Assembly: GCF_963921235.1 (NCBI RefSeq)
Contig: NC_086097.1
Location: forward strand, 238,888,001-238,952,000
From: Mobula hypostoma
Lineage: Eukaryota
DNA length: 64,000 nt
Direction: 5' to 3'
The translations under genes and the position numbers were made by a program. Shown one piece after another: positions 50,793-64,000 of the stretch; the first letter of the stretch is position 1; each line of letters opens with the position of its first letter. The notes under the pieces were generated by a model that was not told the origin of the DNA, ran no database searches, and was given only the letters and a program-made list of their open reading frames with translations.

Positions 50793-50794
50793 AA

Positions 50795-51400
50795 TTTCAA
50801 GATCAAGATCAGGATTCAAGCTTATTTATCACACGTACATCAAAACATGTAGTGAAATGTGCTGTTTGTGTTCATAACCAACACAGCCGAGGTTGGGCTG
50901 GGGGCAGTTCGCAAGTGTGGTCACACAATCCACGCCGACAAAGCATACCCACAATGCTCAGCAAAGCAACACAGAACACATAGAAAACAGAAGACACATG
51001 CAACAAAACAAACAGAAAAACAAGCCCCGTTTCTCCCTCCCCAGACAGTCCTCGAACCCCATGAGCAGCCGTTTTCTTTGGCCTGCAGCAGACTTGGACA
51101 TGCATACGTTGGATCTTCCACTACCCCAGCAGACACGAAGAGAATCACAGACCTGGGGCTCCATTCAATGAGCCTCGGCCCTAAATCTTGATCCTTGGCA
51201 CGGAATCCATGATCGCCGATCGCTGATCGCCGAAACCAGACCTTGAACTCTGGACTGCAACCTTGAACTCTAGACATCAAACTCCAGCCCCAGTGATTTG
51301 CCGACCCAGGGGGTCATTGGACCTTATTCCTCCTGCCTGCATGGAACTCCAACTCCAGAACCTTCCGACAGCTCACTGATTCTAGTGGCGGTGGGCAGCA
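50795..51400 (-). mobile_element. Non-autonomous LINE-tail element, tail to tail with the previous element
   Basis: Reverse tail (atcttg)n / aataa / atttcact.catgttt.gatgtac, shared with 29030-29370, 49900-50060 and 54200-54495. Confidence 0.55.
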
Positions 51401-51829
51401 ACCTCTCGCCAAATAATGTGCCACATGTCCATTTCTGATCCATATTTTCCAGGTCTGGTTAGTGTTTAATATATATAATTACCATATAATTTTAAACCTC
51501 CCTTTAACTCGACAATTTGCAGGGAGTTAGTGAACCTGTGACTTCCCAACTTCATCTGGCACATTTCATTTCAACAATCCTGTTTTAAATAAAATTTATA
51601 AGCACAGTGACTCAAACAGAAAAATAATCATATTTCACTGACTTTCAGCGGTACTGGATGTCATTACAATTTCTTGGCTCACACCAGATAAAATTACTGG
51701 TGAATTGGGTCCCTGTAGCATTTTATCACACGTGTTTAGGGGCCTCAATGTGATTACTAACTAACAGGCAATCCAGGAGGCTAGGAAGTTGCTGTATAGT
51801 TAACCCAGGCAACCTGTTCATATTCTATA

Positions 51830-52222
51830 CCTTCGCAGTATGGTCTGGGTCAATTTTGACCCGGCCCAAGAATCCCCTCATAACAAGTGTCTATACCAAA
51901 TTTTGAACCACAGGTCTATTTAGAATGTTTAAATAGCCTATCTGACATTGATAAATAGGTGATTAATCCTTAATTAATGTTTCAGAGATCTAAAATCCAT
52001 TTTAATAGATACGGGTCAAATTTGACCCAGAACAGCCTCAATGTACAAAAATTTGTAGCACCTGTACAAAAGTATAACATTTTTAAATACTTTCATTTTT
52101 GTGCATTTTGGGTCACTTTCGTAAAAGTCATCAAATTTCAGCTTTAAAAATGGCATTTAGGGTGTTTTTACTGCTATGAAATGTCAAAACGGGTCAAATT
52201 TGACCTGAGCAGTATGTAAGGG
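51830..52222. mobile_element. piggyBac-type MITE
   Basis: Right end ...cagtatgtaaggg|TTAA; degenerate left end tata|ccttcgcag. Three palindromic gggtcaaatttgaccc-type motifs at 51847, 52013 and 52191. Confidence 0.65.
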
Positions 52223-53469
52223 TTAAGAGAAGTCAAGGCAAAATGCTGCCTAATTTGTTCCTGAGTTCTGAGTTTTGAGAAATTTAAGAATATAATTTGA
52301 CCAACCCTTTTTTTCTCTGCTGGCTGCAGAGTATGAAATGGGGAGATATTGGACCCTCTTGGCCTTTTTAACAATAACACATGTCAATATTATTGTATAA
52401 TAGTAAATTGGTATATATTGTCTCTCTGCTTGGAAAGCCACAATAATAAAAACAACACAAGTGCATTTTTTTCTCTCAATTACAGTGAAGCCATGTTATC
52501 AGAAAGTGCAAGTGGAAGTTAATGCTAAAGGTATTGCTGACTAAAAAGGAAATTACAAACAACTGCCTAAGATATGAAAACCACTGTGGAGATGATCATT
52601 GGCTGTTAGCTACCGACGTTAGAAGACATGTTCATCGCTAGAGTGAAGAAAAGCTTCAAAGGAACACTGCTGACACAGCCACCCTAGCAGTCACCTATTT
52701 GTCAAATGGCCGTCAGGGAGATGCTACAAGCCCATCACCACCATCATCATCATCACCAGAGCTTCTTTCCTTTAGTTATACAGCTTCTCAACAAAACCCT
52801 CTCAGGTGTAATACCCCAACTCTCCCTGCACAACATCCGTTCAATGGTATTTCCTGCTCTCCTTGTTCTATTGATAGTTATTTAATCTGTTCATACGTTC
52901 ATGTTTATTTAAGTTTGATTATTGACATTTGCACATGTAACCATTCTGCTAATTTTTGATTGCTTATGGCTTTTTGCACTATTGACTTGCAAATAGATGG
53001 TTGCTATTGTGTTGTCTGTTATGGTATTGTCCTGTGTTTTATCCTTGGCACCAAACCACAATCAGTTCTGGTATGCTTCACATACTGGCGATACATTTCA
53101 GAGGATCAATGTTTCAAAGGTACATTTATCAGCAAAGTAGGTATCCAAATACAACTCTGAGATTCATCTTCTCCAGATAGCCATGAAACAAAGAAAGAAG
53201 ATGCAAGTAATTCAGAGAGAAACATCAAACCCATTCGTTCACAGTCATTGACCCCATCCCCAAACCCCACTTCTCCCACACAAAATGAACAAAAATAAGT
53301 GACTCTAATTCTGTTTCTGAACATATTTGCATACAAGTATTTAGGTGCATCATGGCATCAAATAATTATACGTTCAAAGGAATTATTAAGCTGTTGCCTA
53401 GGCTTGTTGTGTGTTAAACCATTAGAAATAACTTCTAAAACTGCCTGATACTAATAAACCATCTCTGCA

Positions 53470-53927
53470 TCTTTGGTTGATTCATCAAAATGCTCTGGTG
53501 ATGGTATTCAGGCTGACCGGAAGTGCACTGAGAGCAGTAAGCGTAAAGGAGGGGGGCTTGCTGTTCTGGTTAACAACAGACGCTGCAATCCTGGTCATAT
53601 TACGATCAAGGAACGTGTTTGTAGCCCGGATATTGGACTTTCTGCTGTTGGACTCCAGCCATATTCCACCGAGACGCAACACTGGGCATCATGGGAGGTT
53701 GTTCCTGCCCGTGGCCATCGAACTTTGCAGCTCCCCCCGTGGAGGGTCAGACACTCTGAGCCAATAGTCCTGGATTTAATTCCATCTGGCATAGTTTGCA
53801 TACTGTTATTTGATTGTTTGTGGTTTTGTATTGCTATATGTATGCTCTATTCTTGGTTGGTGCTGCTGTAACGAAACCCAATTCCCCTTGGGACCAATAA
53901 AGTATGTCTATCTATCTATCTATCTAT
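53470..53927 (+). mobile_element. Rex1-like APE fragment joined to a Rex1-like 3' end with (CTAT)n tail
   Basis: ADR...S.KRKGGGLAVLVNNR.C...CSPDI.L.AV..QPY motif, then a UTR ending cccttgggaccaataaagta(tcta)n. Confidence 0.65.
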
Positions 53928-54619
53928 TCCCAGACTTTCCAGCTGGCAAGAAAGACTGAGGAACACACTCAATGATTCAGGAGTAGCTTCTGAATGGACA
54001 TTAAAGACATGAACACTACCTCACTCATGTTTGTTTTCTCTTTGTACTCTTACTTATTTAATTTAACTTTTAAAATGTATATACTTACTGTAATTTACTG
54101 TTTGATTGTTATGTATTGCAACGTACAGCTGTTGCATAACAACAAATTTCGTGACATGTGCCAGTGATATTAAACCTGATTCGATTCTGATATACTGTGA
54201 TATGATTCCGTAAGTCCACTGGTGGCTGGAGACCGAAGAAGGTGGTCTCTCCTGGGGTTGAAAGTCTGTCTATATGGTGGGTGGGTGGTAGGGAGTAAAG
54301 TGGCTTCTTTTGCTGTTGGTGCTTTGTTGCTTGTTGTATTCTGCAGAGCACCGTGGGCACGCTATGTTGGTGCTGAAATGCGTGGCAACACTTGCGGGCT
54401 GCCCCAATACATCCTTGAGTGTGCTGGTTGTTAACACAAATGACACATTTCACTGTATGTTTCTATGTACATGTGATAGATAATTCTGAATCTGAGGATT
54501 ATTCTGAAAATCAAAAGTTGCTCAAAATCTGACAAAAGTCAGGGAAAGATATGATCCACAAGTATGACCCCTGTCCAGGGTCTACAGTGAGATGTCTTGT
54601 CACAAATGCATAAGTACAG

Positions 54620-55445
54620 AGGAGAATTCAAAAATTCAAAGTACATTTATACACACAAAATATAACCGAGATTTATAGGCAGCCACAAAACAAAGAAACA
54701 CCATGGAACCCATTGAAGAAAACATCGAACACTCAATGTGAAAAAAAAGCACAACTTGAGCAAATGGCAAAAAGCCATCTGACAACACATAGAATATCAA
54801 GCGTCAAACCAGGAGTCCAGTGATATTCAGTTTAGTTCATTTCAGCGCCACACTGCAGGGGTGCACACAGAGCCATTCTTCATTGAAGCACCCCAGTCCG
54901 TGTTGATTGCTGCAATCAAGCTACTCAAAAACAGTAATCAAAATCTAGAATTACATGCACCATGAACTCCAAAGTTCACCAAAATGAGTCCACAGCCTCA
55001 CTGATCAATCCCTGCAGCATTGGACCCAACACTCCTCTACTTTCCTTCAACAGCAGCTAGCAAGAGTGAGAGGAATTCCAGTCAAACACAGGCCGACAGC
55101 GCCGAACACCCACCCGTTCTCTGCTCTCATCCTTGTCGACTTCAACCTTGCTCAACACAATCGAAGCGAGCAATAGAGTCAATCATGGGCTCGTACCCCA
55201 TCTCCAGGCTTCCAGACCTCCCAGGCCACACACTCTGCTTCACGCCTCAACAGACTCCCTCAGAGACTACAAAGCACCAGATTGCATAATTAGCCCAAAA
55301 CACACCATCAAAACTTAACTCATGGGTTCCAATCACACGCAACTTAGTAGCAGAAACATATTTAAAGAAGAGGAAGCAAAAGAAGTAGCTTCGGAAACTG
55401 TCTGCAGGATGTCGCCAGTGGTCTCACTCCTCACTGACGCTATCC
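54620..55445 (-). mobile_element. Non-autonomous LINE-derived element
   Basis: Tail (ttcaaagtacattta) at 54630, shared with 19660, 47295 and 53110; no ORF. Confidence 0.5.
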
Positions 55446-56062
55446 ATCCATTCTTATTGTTTTTCAAATTCTATTCCTCTATAATAAAATTTTAAAAATC
55501 CTATTCTTCCACAGCAAATGCAGAAGCTAGCTAATAAGCAATATGCAATGGCTGAGAGGTTCCGATCCATGTCGTTTAGTTTTGTTGAATAGGTTAGAGG
55601 TTTTATATAGCCTGGAAGGAAGACATAAAATGAAAACACAAACTGTTTAAAAGTCCATGCCTTTTAATTAACCAAACAATGAAATACGTCCTGGAGGAGC
55701 AAAAGGCTAATTAAGGGCACATGATCCAGTTCAGGGACACTTAATTTTCAAATCTAAAGGCTATAGTGCAGGATTTTATATTGGATACTGTTCTGAATCC
55801 GCTTCCTTCATTGTTAAAGATACTTCCCCAGTTTGCTCAGCTTCACTTCATTTCGAAGGGTGTCTACACTGTATATTTTCAAAATAAGTCTAAGGAATGT
55901 AAGAAAAATGACTGAGGAACGAAAAGAGAAGGCAAGTTAACGGAAGACAAAAGGGCCCTTGGGGGAATTGATATGTCTTTATTCTATATAATGGTGTCTG
56001 ATCTTGACAATATACTTTCAAGTGTTTCATCACCATGCGAGGACACATCATTATTGCACTGT

Positions 56063-56597
56063 TAGTTTTGGTCTCCGAGTTTGAGGAAGGACATTCTAGC
56101 TATTGAGGGAGTGCAGTGTAGGTTCACGAGGTTAATTCCCGGGATGGCGGGACTGTCATATGTTGAAAGATTGGAGCGACAGGGGTTGTATACTCTGGAA
56201 TTTAGAAGGATGAGAGGGGATCTGATCGGAACATATAAGATTATTAAGGGATTAGACACGCTAGACGCAGGAAACATGTTCCCGATGTTGGGGGAGTCCA
56301 GAACTAGAGGCCACAGTTTAAGAATAAGGGGTAGACAATTTAGAACAGAGTTGAGGAAAAACAGAGGGTTGTGGTTCTGTGGAATGCTCTGCCTCAGAAG
56401 GCAGTGGAAGACAATTCTCTGGATTCTTTCAAAAAAGAGTTAAATAGAGCTCTTAAAGATAGCGGAGTGAAGGGATATGGGGAGAAGGCAGGAATGGGGT
56501 ACTGATTGTGGATGATCAGCTATGATCACAGTGAATGATGGTGTTGGCTCAAAGGGCTGAATGGCCGACTCCTGCACCTATTGTCTATTGTCTATCG
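56063..56597 (+). mobile_element. CR1 3' end inserted between inverted copies of a second Penelope-like family (~56010-56062 and ~56600-56850)
   Basis: RFTRLIPGMAGLSYVERLE...RGDLIGTYKI and a (ctattgt) tail. Flanks carry cagtgca.t.atgatgt...atggtgatgaaa in opposite orientations. Confidence 0.8.
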
Positions 56598-57729
56598 TGT
56601 CCTCCGAATGACCTCTAAATACTTGTAGGGACTTCCTCCCCACTTCACAACTGAGTTTCCATAATGATGACCAATCAACTGATTGATAAATATGTAAAGG
56701 CCGAGGATTCAGAGAATATACCACAATTAACAGTGCACTGATGATGTCCCCTTGGATGGTGATGAAATATTTGCAATTAAATTGCCAAAATTGGAGAACA
56801 ACTCAACCCAACCATCAGCCACCTGAACTACATATTTTCCAAATTATTTCCATTCTATATACTGTTTTTTAGAGATTGAGAAATTTTACAGAATGATACT
56901 AAATGTAGCACAGAACGTAGAGCCCAAAAGTGTGTATTACAATGTGAGGAGCATTGGAGGTAAAACAGATTAACTTAGAGGCAGAATGGCTATTACAGAG
57001 ACATTACAGTCCCTGCTGTGAGAAGGATGCCAGCTCAGAATTCAAGGGTTTCTGTCATGAGAGAGAGGAAGGTAAAAGAGGTGGAGGAATTCCATTTCTA
57101 ATCAGGGAGATTGTCACAGCAGAAATAGCATATTGGAGAGCACAACAAATGAGGAATGTTTGATGCCTCTGGATCCTCTGGAGTTTAGAAGAATGAGGGG
57201 AGGGGATCTCATTGAAGCCTGCTGAATATTGAACAGCCAAGACAGAGTGGTCATGGAGAGGATTTTTCCATTCGTGGAAGAGTCTAGGACCAGATAGCCC
57301 AGCCTCAGAACAGAAAGATGTCCCTGTAGAATAGAGATGAGGAGGAATTTCTTCAGCCAGAAGGTGGAGAGTCTCTGGAACACATTGCTACAGATGGCTG
57401 TGGAGGCCCTGTCATTGGGTACATTTAAAGTGAAGGTTCATAGGTTCTTGATTAGTAAGGGTGTCCTGCTCTGTGACTTTATCAGATCACTTCATTCTTC
57501 TGGGTTCTATAGCATACGGACCTTGTCTTTTCAATTTCCTCTCATATTGAAAATTTGCCATTCTGGAAATTAGTCCAGTAAATCTTCATTGAACACCTTC
57601 TATGACAAGTAAGTCCTTTTATACAGAAGTAATCTAGAAGTATACATAGTACTCCCAGCTAATCTCATCAAGATCTTATATAATCATAGCAGGACAGCCT
57701 CCAAGCAGATGGCATGAATATCTTTTTCT

Positions 57730-58132
57730 CCTTCCTGTAAAGAAAATTCTCTCCCCTTGCCTTTTCCTTCTATTTCCTGCTCTGGCTTCCTACCTATTCT
57801 CGCCTATCGATGACATCTACTTGACTTACCTCCTCCTTCCCTTTTCCGATGGTCCATTCTCCTCTCCTATCAAATTTCTTCCCCTCCGACCTTTTACCTT
57901 TCCTCACCACCTGGCTTCACCTATGATCTTCAAGCCATTCACTTCTCTCTCCCCCCACCTTTTTTATTCTGACATCTTCCCTCCTTCCTTTCCAGTGCTG
58001 AGAAAGGGTCTTGGCCTGAAACATTGACTGTTTTTTTTCATTTCCATAGTCGCTGCCTGAGCTCCTTAGTTCCTCCAGCATTTTATGTGTGTTGCTTTGG
58101 ATTTCCAGCATCTGCAGAGTTTTTTGTGTTTA
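57730..58132 (+). mobile_element. Penelope-like 3' part
   Basis: Pyrimidine-rich UTR, decayed hammerhead at ~57992-58030, ccagcatctgcag tail. Confidence 0.7.
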
Positions 58133-58349
58133 TCATAAAGGGATGTCTCTAATCTCTTACTCAGATCCACATACTCAGCACAACATACCATTTGCCTGTG
58201 TTATAATCTGCTCACTTTTAATTTTCAGCAATTTTTAGCATACGTATCAGAAGCAGCATCACAAAGTTTTGAGATGATATAATATTTATGAAATTTATGA
58301 AGTATTGGAAGATGATTATGGACTTCACAACGCCACAGTCAGGATAGTT

Positions 58350-58880
58350 AGAATCATAGAGTCATAGAGCATTACAGCACAGAAACAGGCCTTTTGGCCC
58401 ACCTAATCCTTGCTGAATTATTATTCTGCCTAGTCTCATTAACCTGCACCTGGACCATAGCCCTCCATATCCTTCTCATCCATGCACTTATATAATTTTT
58501 CTTAAATATTGAAATCAAACCCTTATCCACTACCTCCACTAGCACTTCATTCCACACTCTCATGGCCTTCTGAGTGAAGAAGTTTCCCCTCATGTTCCCT
58601 TCAAACATCTCACCTTTCACCCTTAACCCGTGATCTCTAGTTCTAGTCTCACTCAACCGCAGTGGAAATAGCCAGCTTACATTTACCCTATCTACAATCC
58701 TCATAATTTTGTATATCTCCAATAAATCTCCCTCATTTCCCTGTGTTCCAGGGAGTAAGTCTTAACCGATACAGCCTTGCCCTATAATTCAGGCCCTCAT
58801 CCTTGTAAATGTTCCCTGCACTCTTTCAATCTTATTGACATCTTTCCTGTAGGTATGAAGTCAGAACTGCACACAAATTG
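58350..58880 (-). mobile_element. CR1 3' end
   Basis: ORF 58372-58722 with FFTQKAMRVWNE; (ctatgact) tail. Confidence 0.85.
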
Positions 58881-59669
58881 AATAGCCAGAGGTGTAACAG
58901 AATGCACTTTGATGCATAGAAGTATGAATTGCTATTCTCTGGAATACTTGAGTGGGAAAAGGGGAAGTCTTCTTGCAAAAAGACCGTTTAAAAATTGATT
59001 TAAGAGTGGCTTTTGAGATGATGAGAGATCTTTATAGATAGATAAAAATGTTATTGCCTCCAGTAAATGGGTTAACATGGAAGCACCAGAGATTTGAAAT
59101 TACTGGCTAGAGGTTATGAACGTTAGTAAGTCCTAACATGGAGACTTAACAGATTCTGATGTACAGAACTTGAATATGGGAAAATGATTCAGGAAATAAT
59201 GATAAAAGAGAATGTAGAAAGTGCCCCAGGATAAAGGACTAATAATTGGTATGTAGAACCAAGTATGGACATTCCTTATGTACTGTATGTTATGATTCTT
59301 TGACAACAGTCCATTAATATTTTTGAGGAGAGGCCAGATAGAATTCTCAGGGCCATTTGCATAAACTATGTTTTACTTTAACAACACTTAACAAGAAAAG
59401 CATATTTTTAATTAAGAATCAGAAAGCTCGAATGCAAAGGTTATTATAGGTCTGTATGGATAATTGCCAAAGAACAGGAAGGCAATGAAGGCTTCCTGAT
59501 AAATGTCCACGGAATTATGGCTTGTGGCTTTGTGTTTGACAGAATGATTTGTTTCAAATTATATTTCTCCAACATAGTTCCTGGATTTTACTATATGATA
59601 TGTGTAATCGCAGCAAATCTGGTTTAGATCCTTCTCGGGAGTTGAGTAGCAAGCTACAATGATTGCGAG

Positions 59670-60195
59670 GCTCTTGGTCATTGAAAGATGCCTCAATACC
59701 TCCTTGTGCCATTGGATACTCAATTTTCTCAAATTGCATTCCCAAATCAGTTCAGATTGGCAACAACATCTCCTCCATGATCTCCAGCAGCACAGGTGCA
59801 CCGCAAAGCTGGCAGTACCCACACCAACAGGTTCAGGAATAGTTACTACCCGTCAGCCATCAGGCTCTTAAACCAAAGGGGATACCTTGACTCAACTTCT
59901 CTTGCCCCATTATTGAAATGTTCCTATAATCTATAGACTCACTTTCAGGGACTCTTCATCTCATGTTCTTTATAGTTATTGCTTATTTATTTATTATTAT
60001 TATTATTTATTTGTTTTGTATTTTCACAGTTTCTTGTCTTTTACACACTGGTTGAATGCTCAATTTGGTGCGGTCTTTCATTAATTCTATGATACTATTT
60101 TGGATTTACTGAGTACAATTGTAAGAAAGTGAATCTCAGGGTTGTAAATAGTGATATTAATGTAATTTGATATTAAACTTGCTTTGAACTTTGAA
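59670..60195 (+). mobile_element. Internally deleted Rex1/Babar-like element
   Basis: LNTSLCHWILNFL (RT region) runs almost directly into the 3' tail. Confidence 0.65.
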
Positions 60196-60264
60196 AGAGC
60201 ATAGTACTTCTGACCAAGCCCTGAAAATATAGCCATTACAATCTGCCTTTTAGCAAGTTGAGCA

Positions 60265-60870
60265 ATACAAAGAAAGTTCCTGAGGAACTCAGCAAGTCAG
60301 GCAGCATCTATAGAGGGAAAAAAAAAATAGTCGATGTTTCAGGCTGAGAACTTTCATCAGCACTGGAAGTGAAGGGGACAGAATCAGAATAAGAAAGGAG
60401 AGAAAATGGGTACAAGCTGGCAAATGACATGTGAGGAGGAAGGTGGGTGCATAGCAGAAGAGGGTTGAAATTGGGAGAAATACGTGGAATAGGTAAAAGG
60501 GCTGAAGAAGAAGTGTAATAAAAGAGGGCAGTGGAAAATGAAAGGAAGAGAATGAGGTGGGGAGCGATGGGCAGGTGAGGAGAAGAGAAGGGATGAAAGG
60601 GGAGCCAGAAGAAGAAGGAGGGACCAGGGAAAAGTACTGGATGTTGGAGGAATCAGTGTTCATGCAATCAGATTGGAACTTACTCAGATGGAATATGAGG
60701 TGTTGCTCTTCCAACCTCAGTTTGCACTCAGCATGGCAGTAGAGTAGGCCTTGGACTGACATGTCAGAGCAGCAATAGGAAATGGGTATCCACCTGAGAT
60801 CTTGCCTTTTGCATTGGATAGAGTAAAAGTGCTAGATAAAGCAGTCCCTAGACTCCGTGGGGTCTGACTA
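60265..60870 (-). mobile_element. Penelope-like element: GIY-YIG C-terminus, UTR and decayed hammerhead
   Basis: KLRLEEQHLIFHLSKFQSDCMN; minus strand ccagtgCTGATGAaagttctcagcctGAAAcatcgact at ~60330-60367. Confidence 0.75.
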
Positions 60871-62035
60871 GACCATAAGACCATAAGACAAAGGAGCAGA
60901 AGAAGGCCATTCAGCCCATCGTGTCTGCTCCGCCATTTTATCATGAGCTGATCCATTCTCCCATTTAGTCCCACTCCCCCGCCTTCTCACCATAACCTTT
61001 GATGCCCTGGCTACACAGATACCTATCAATCTCTGCCTTAAATACACCCAATGACTTGGCCTCCACTGCTGCCCGTGGCAACAAATTCCATAGATTCACC
61101 ACCCTCTGACTAAAAAAATTTCTTTGCATTTCTGTTCTGAATGGGCGCCCTTCAATCCTTAAGTCATGCCCTCTCGTACTAGACTCCGCCATCATGGGAA
61201 ACAACTTTGCCACATCCACTCTGTCCATGCCTTTCAACATTCGAAATGTTTCTATGAGGTCTCCCCTCATTCTTCTAAACTCAAAGGAATACAGTACAAG
61301 AGCGGACAAACGTTCCTCATATGCTAACCCTCTCATTCCCGGAATCATTCTAGTGAATCTTCTCTGTACCCTCTCCAACGTCAGCACATCCTTTCTTAAG
61401 TAAGGAGACCAAAACTGCCCACAGTACTCCAAGTGAGGTCTCACCAGTGCCTTATAGAGCCTCAACATCACATCCTTGCTCCCGTACTCTATTCCTCTAG
61501 AAATGAATGCCAACATTGCATTCGCCTTCTTCACTACTGACTCAACCTGGAGGTTAACTTTAAGGGTATCCTGTACGAGGGCTCCCAAGTTCCGTTGCAT
61601 CTCAGAACTTTGAATTCTTTCCCCATTTAAATAATAGTCTGCTCCTTTATTTTTTCTGCCCAAGTGCATAATCATACACTTTCCAACATTGTACTTCATT
61701 TGCCACTTCTCTGCTCATTCTTCCAATCTATCCAAGTCTCTCTGCAGGCTCTCCATTTCCTCATCACTACCAGCCCCTCTGCCTATCTTCGTATTGTCAG
61801 CAAACTTAGCCACAAAGCCATCTATTCCATAATCCAAATTGTTGATGTACAATGTAAAAAGAAGCGGCCCCAACACTGATCCCTGTGGAACACCACTGGT
61901 AACCGGCAGCCAACCAGAATAGGATCCCTTTATTCCCACTCTCTGTTTCCTGCCAATCAGCCAACGCTCTATCCACGTATGTAACTTTCCCTTAATTCCA
62001 TGGGCTCTTATCTTGTTAAGTAGCCTCATGTGTGA
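60871..62035 (-). mobile_element. Young 5'-truncated CR1 LINE with RT domain
   Basis: GVPQGSVLGPLLF, FADN, RPHLEYCGQFWSP and FFSQRVVNLWN; one in-frame stop near 61715; (cttatggt)n tail. Confidence 0.92.
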
Positions 62036-62379
62036 CTGATGTAGAGCAGGCTGCACCAGGAGTACCATATATAATCAATGACCCGACACAAATTGGGAGA
62101 CAAAGTCCTGACAAAGCAGACATGGCAACCTGTCTTTCAGCAGGTTTAGTTAACTTCCCATAGCCATTCCCATTCATAGAGGCTTAGTGAATGTCACAGT
62201 TCACTGCTTTGTTTCCTGGAATTCTTGGGCATTTGCCCATTCTGTGTCGGGCATCACAGTGGAACAATTTGGATTACAGCATGGGACGAAACCAGAATCA
62301 AAATAATTTCCAACTCAGCTTCAAAGTCTCCTGGCTCTGTCTTGCCATGTAACACGGCTCAGGTCTTCTTGATCTAACC

Positions 62380-62920
62380 TTCTGCCTGAAAGACTCTGAC
62401 AAATTTCTACAGATTTACCATAGAGAGCATTCTTACTGGTTGCATTACCTTCTGGTGTGGAGGCACAAATGCACAGGATTGGAACAAGCTGCAGAGGTTT
62501 ATAAGCTCAGCCAGTTCCATTATGAGCACTAGCCTCCCCACCATCAAGAACATCTTCAATAGGTGATGTCTCAAAAAGGCAGCATCCATCAACAAGGACT
62601 CCTCTCATCCAGGAAATGCTCTCTTCTTATTTCTGCCATCAAAGAGAAGATACAGGAGCCTGAAGACACATACTCATTGTTTTGGAAAAGGTTTCTTCTC
62701 CACCATCAGAGTTCTGAATAGACAGTGAACCAACCTTTGGACACTCTCTCACTATATTTAGTCTTGTTTTGCTCTACTTATTTGATTTAATGTTTTTATA
62801 CTGCCTATAGTATCTCTTATTGTAATTTATAGTATTGCAATTTATATATTCCACTATACTGCTGCCACAAAACAACAAATTTCATGACATATGTCAATGA
62901 TATTAAACCTGATTCTGATC
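62380..62920 (+). mobile_element. Rex1/Babar-like 3' part
   Basis: FYRFTIESILTGCITFW remnant and the standard tail. Confidence 0.75.
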
Positions 62921-63059
62921 ACTACCCATTGCTCTCACCTACTGAGTTTCACCTGTGTTACTTACCACTTGCCAAATTTAGCTTACTGTGCTTTTTTATA
63001 TTGATAACTGTTGGATCATTTCGATTTGGTCGACATCTTCTGGATGGATCATGAAACCA

Positions 63060-64000
63060 TCCTTTTCACTTCTTTTATGTCTTTTCCATTTTGTTTCTTG
63101 TCTTCAACGTGATTTTGAAACTATTGGAGCTCGTGTTTCGTTGTTTGGAGATCGTTTGAGTGTTTCATCACTCTACAGTCTCCGGGAGGATTCCAGGAGG
63201 CAGAGGTAGCATGAATGAGCCTTGTGGTGAGAAGACTGCAGGTTGGTGCGTGAGCCAATGTTTGACCCAATATCTCCAATTAAAGTCTCCATTATTTGCT
63301 GATTAGAGCAACGAGGGTGATTGAAATATCATGGCAAATGCAGAAGTTTGGAGATCACTTGGGCGTTTCAGCATTCGGTAAGTCTCCGATAGGATTCTGG
63401 GAGGCAGCTTGTGCGAGCCTTATAGGGGGCAAAATGCAGGATGGGTGCAAGCCAATGCTTGGCTCCATTTCGCCGATTAAAGCTCCCGTTGCTCGCCGAT
63501 TAAAGCAACAAGGTAGATTGAAACGTCGAAGCGAGTGCAGAGGGTGAGTACCGGCTGCCTGTCTGTTGATCAGTTACACTGTCCTTGCTGCTGTGCATGG
63601 GCCGGAGAGTATTGCCAAGGTTTTTTCTGCATTTTGGAGCGGACTTTGGATTTTAGACTCTATTTTTCAGTCTTATAGTTTTTATGATCTGTGATTTTTT
63701 TCACCTGATCTTTTTGTTTTTTTTTGCATGGGGATGGGGATTTGGGGGTTCATGTGCCTGATCTGTTTTGTTTGGTGTTCTTCTTTGCGGATGAAGGGAT
63801 TTGGAGGTTGATGTGCCTATCCTGGTCTGTTTTTTGCTGGGGTTGATGTGTTCGTTCTGCTTCTGTTCTTTTTTCTGAGGGGAAGTGGGATTTGGGAGTT
63901 GATAATTGTGCTGCCTTTCTTTTCATTCATGGTTTCACGGCTACACAGAGAACTGAAGAATTTCAGAGTTGTACACTTTGATAATAAATGAATCCTTGAA
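63060..64000 (+). mobile_element. Non-autonomous LINE-tail element
   Basis: Ends actttgataataaatgaatccttgaa like other Rex1-type tails; internal short duplications; no domain. Confidence 0.45.

Noticed and set aside
50120..51280. Cluster of overlapping GC-rich ORFs or a CpG-island promoter
   Set aside because: ORFs occur in many frames on both strands with no recognisable domain and lie inside elements ending in LINE-type tails.
51800..51829. TTAA-CCC at 51800 as the left end of the piggyBac MITE
   Set aside because: Spacing to the subterminal palindrome matches the right end only if the element starts near 51830.

Overview
Eukaryotic, AT-rich, repeat-dense vertebrate DNA with no recognisable host gene. 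The repeat mix suggests a cartilaginous fish such as a ray, but that is inference. Most of the window is nested retroelement debris: several CR1 LINE subfamilies, Rex1/Babar-like LINEs and non-autonomous derivatives, Penelope-like 3' ends with minimal hammerhead motifs, tRNA-derived SINEs, short RTE-derived elements, an internally deleted Gypsy and solo LTRs. There are also Tc1 and piggyBac-type MITEs and one Crack/Daphne-like LINE end. Nearly all listed ORFs are TE fragments or antisense noise. The top finding is a ~565-bp TSD-flanked non-coding retroelement (26594-27158) whose first base starts a complete HDV-like ribozyme fold with an extra hairpin in L3. The second is a TSD-flanked palindromic element made of two inverted LTRs (38037-38425), whose ordinary solo-LTR form lies at 14269-14517. 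Family names come from motif recognition only, with no database search, and boundaries without a TSD are approximate.
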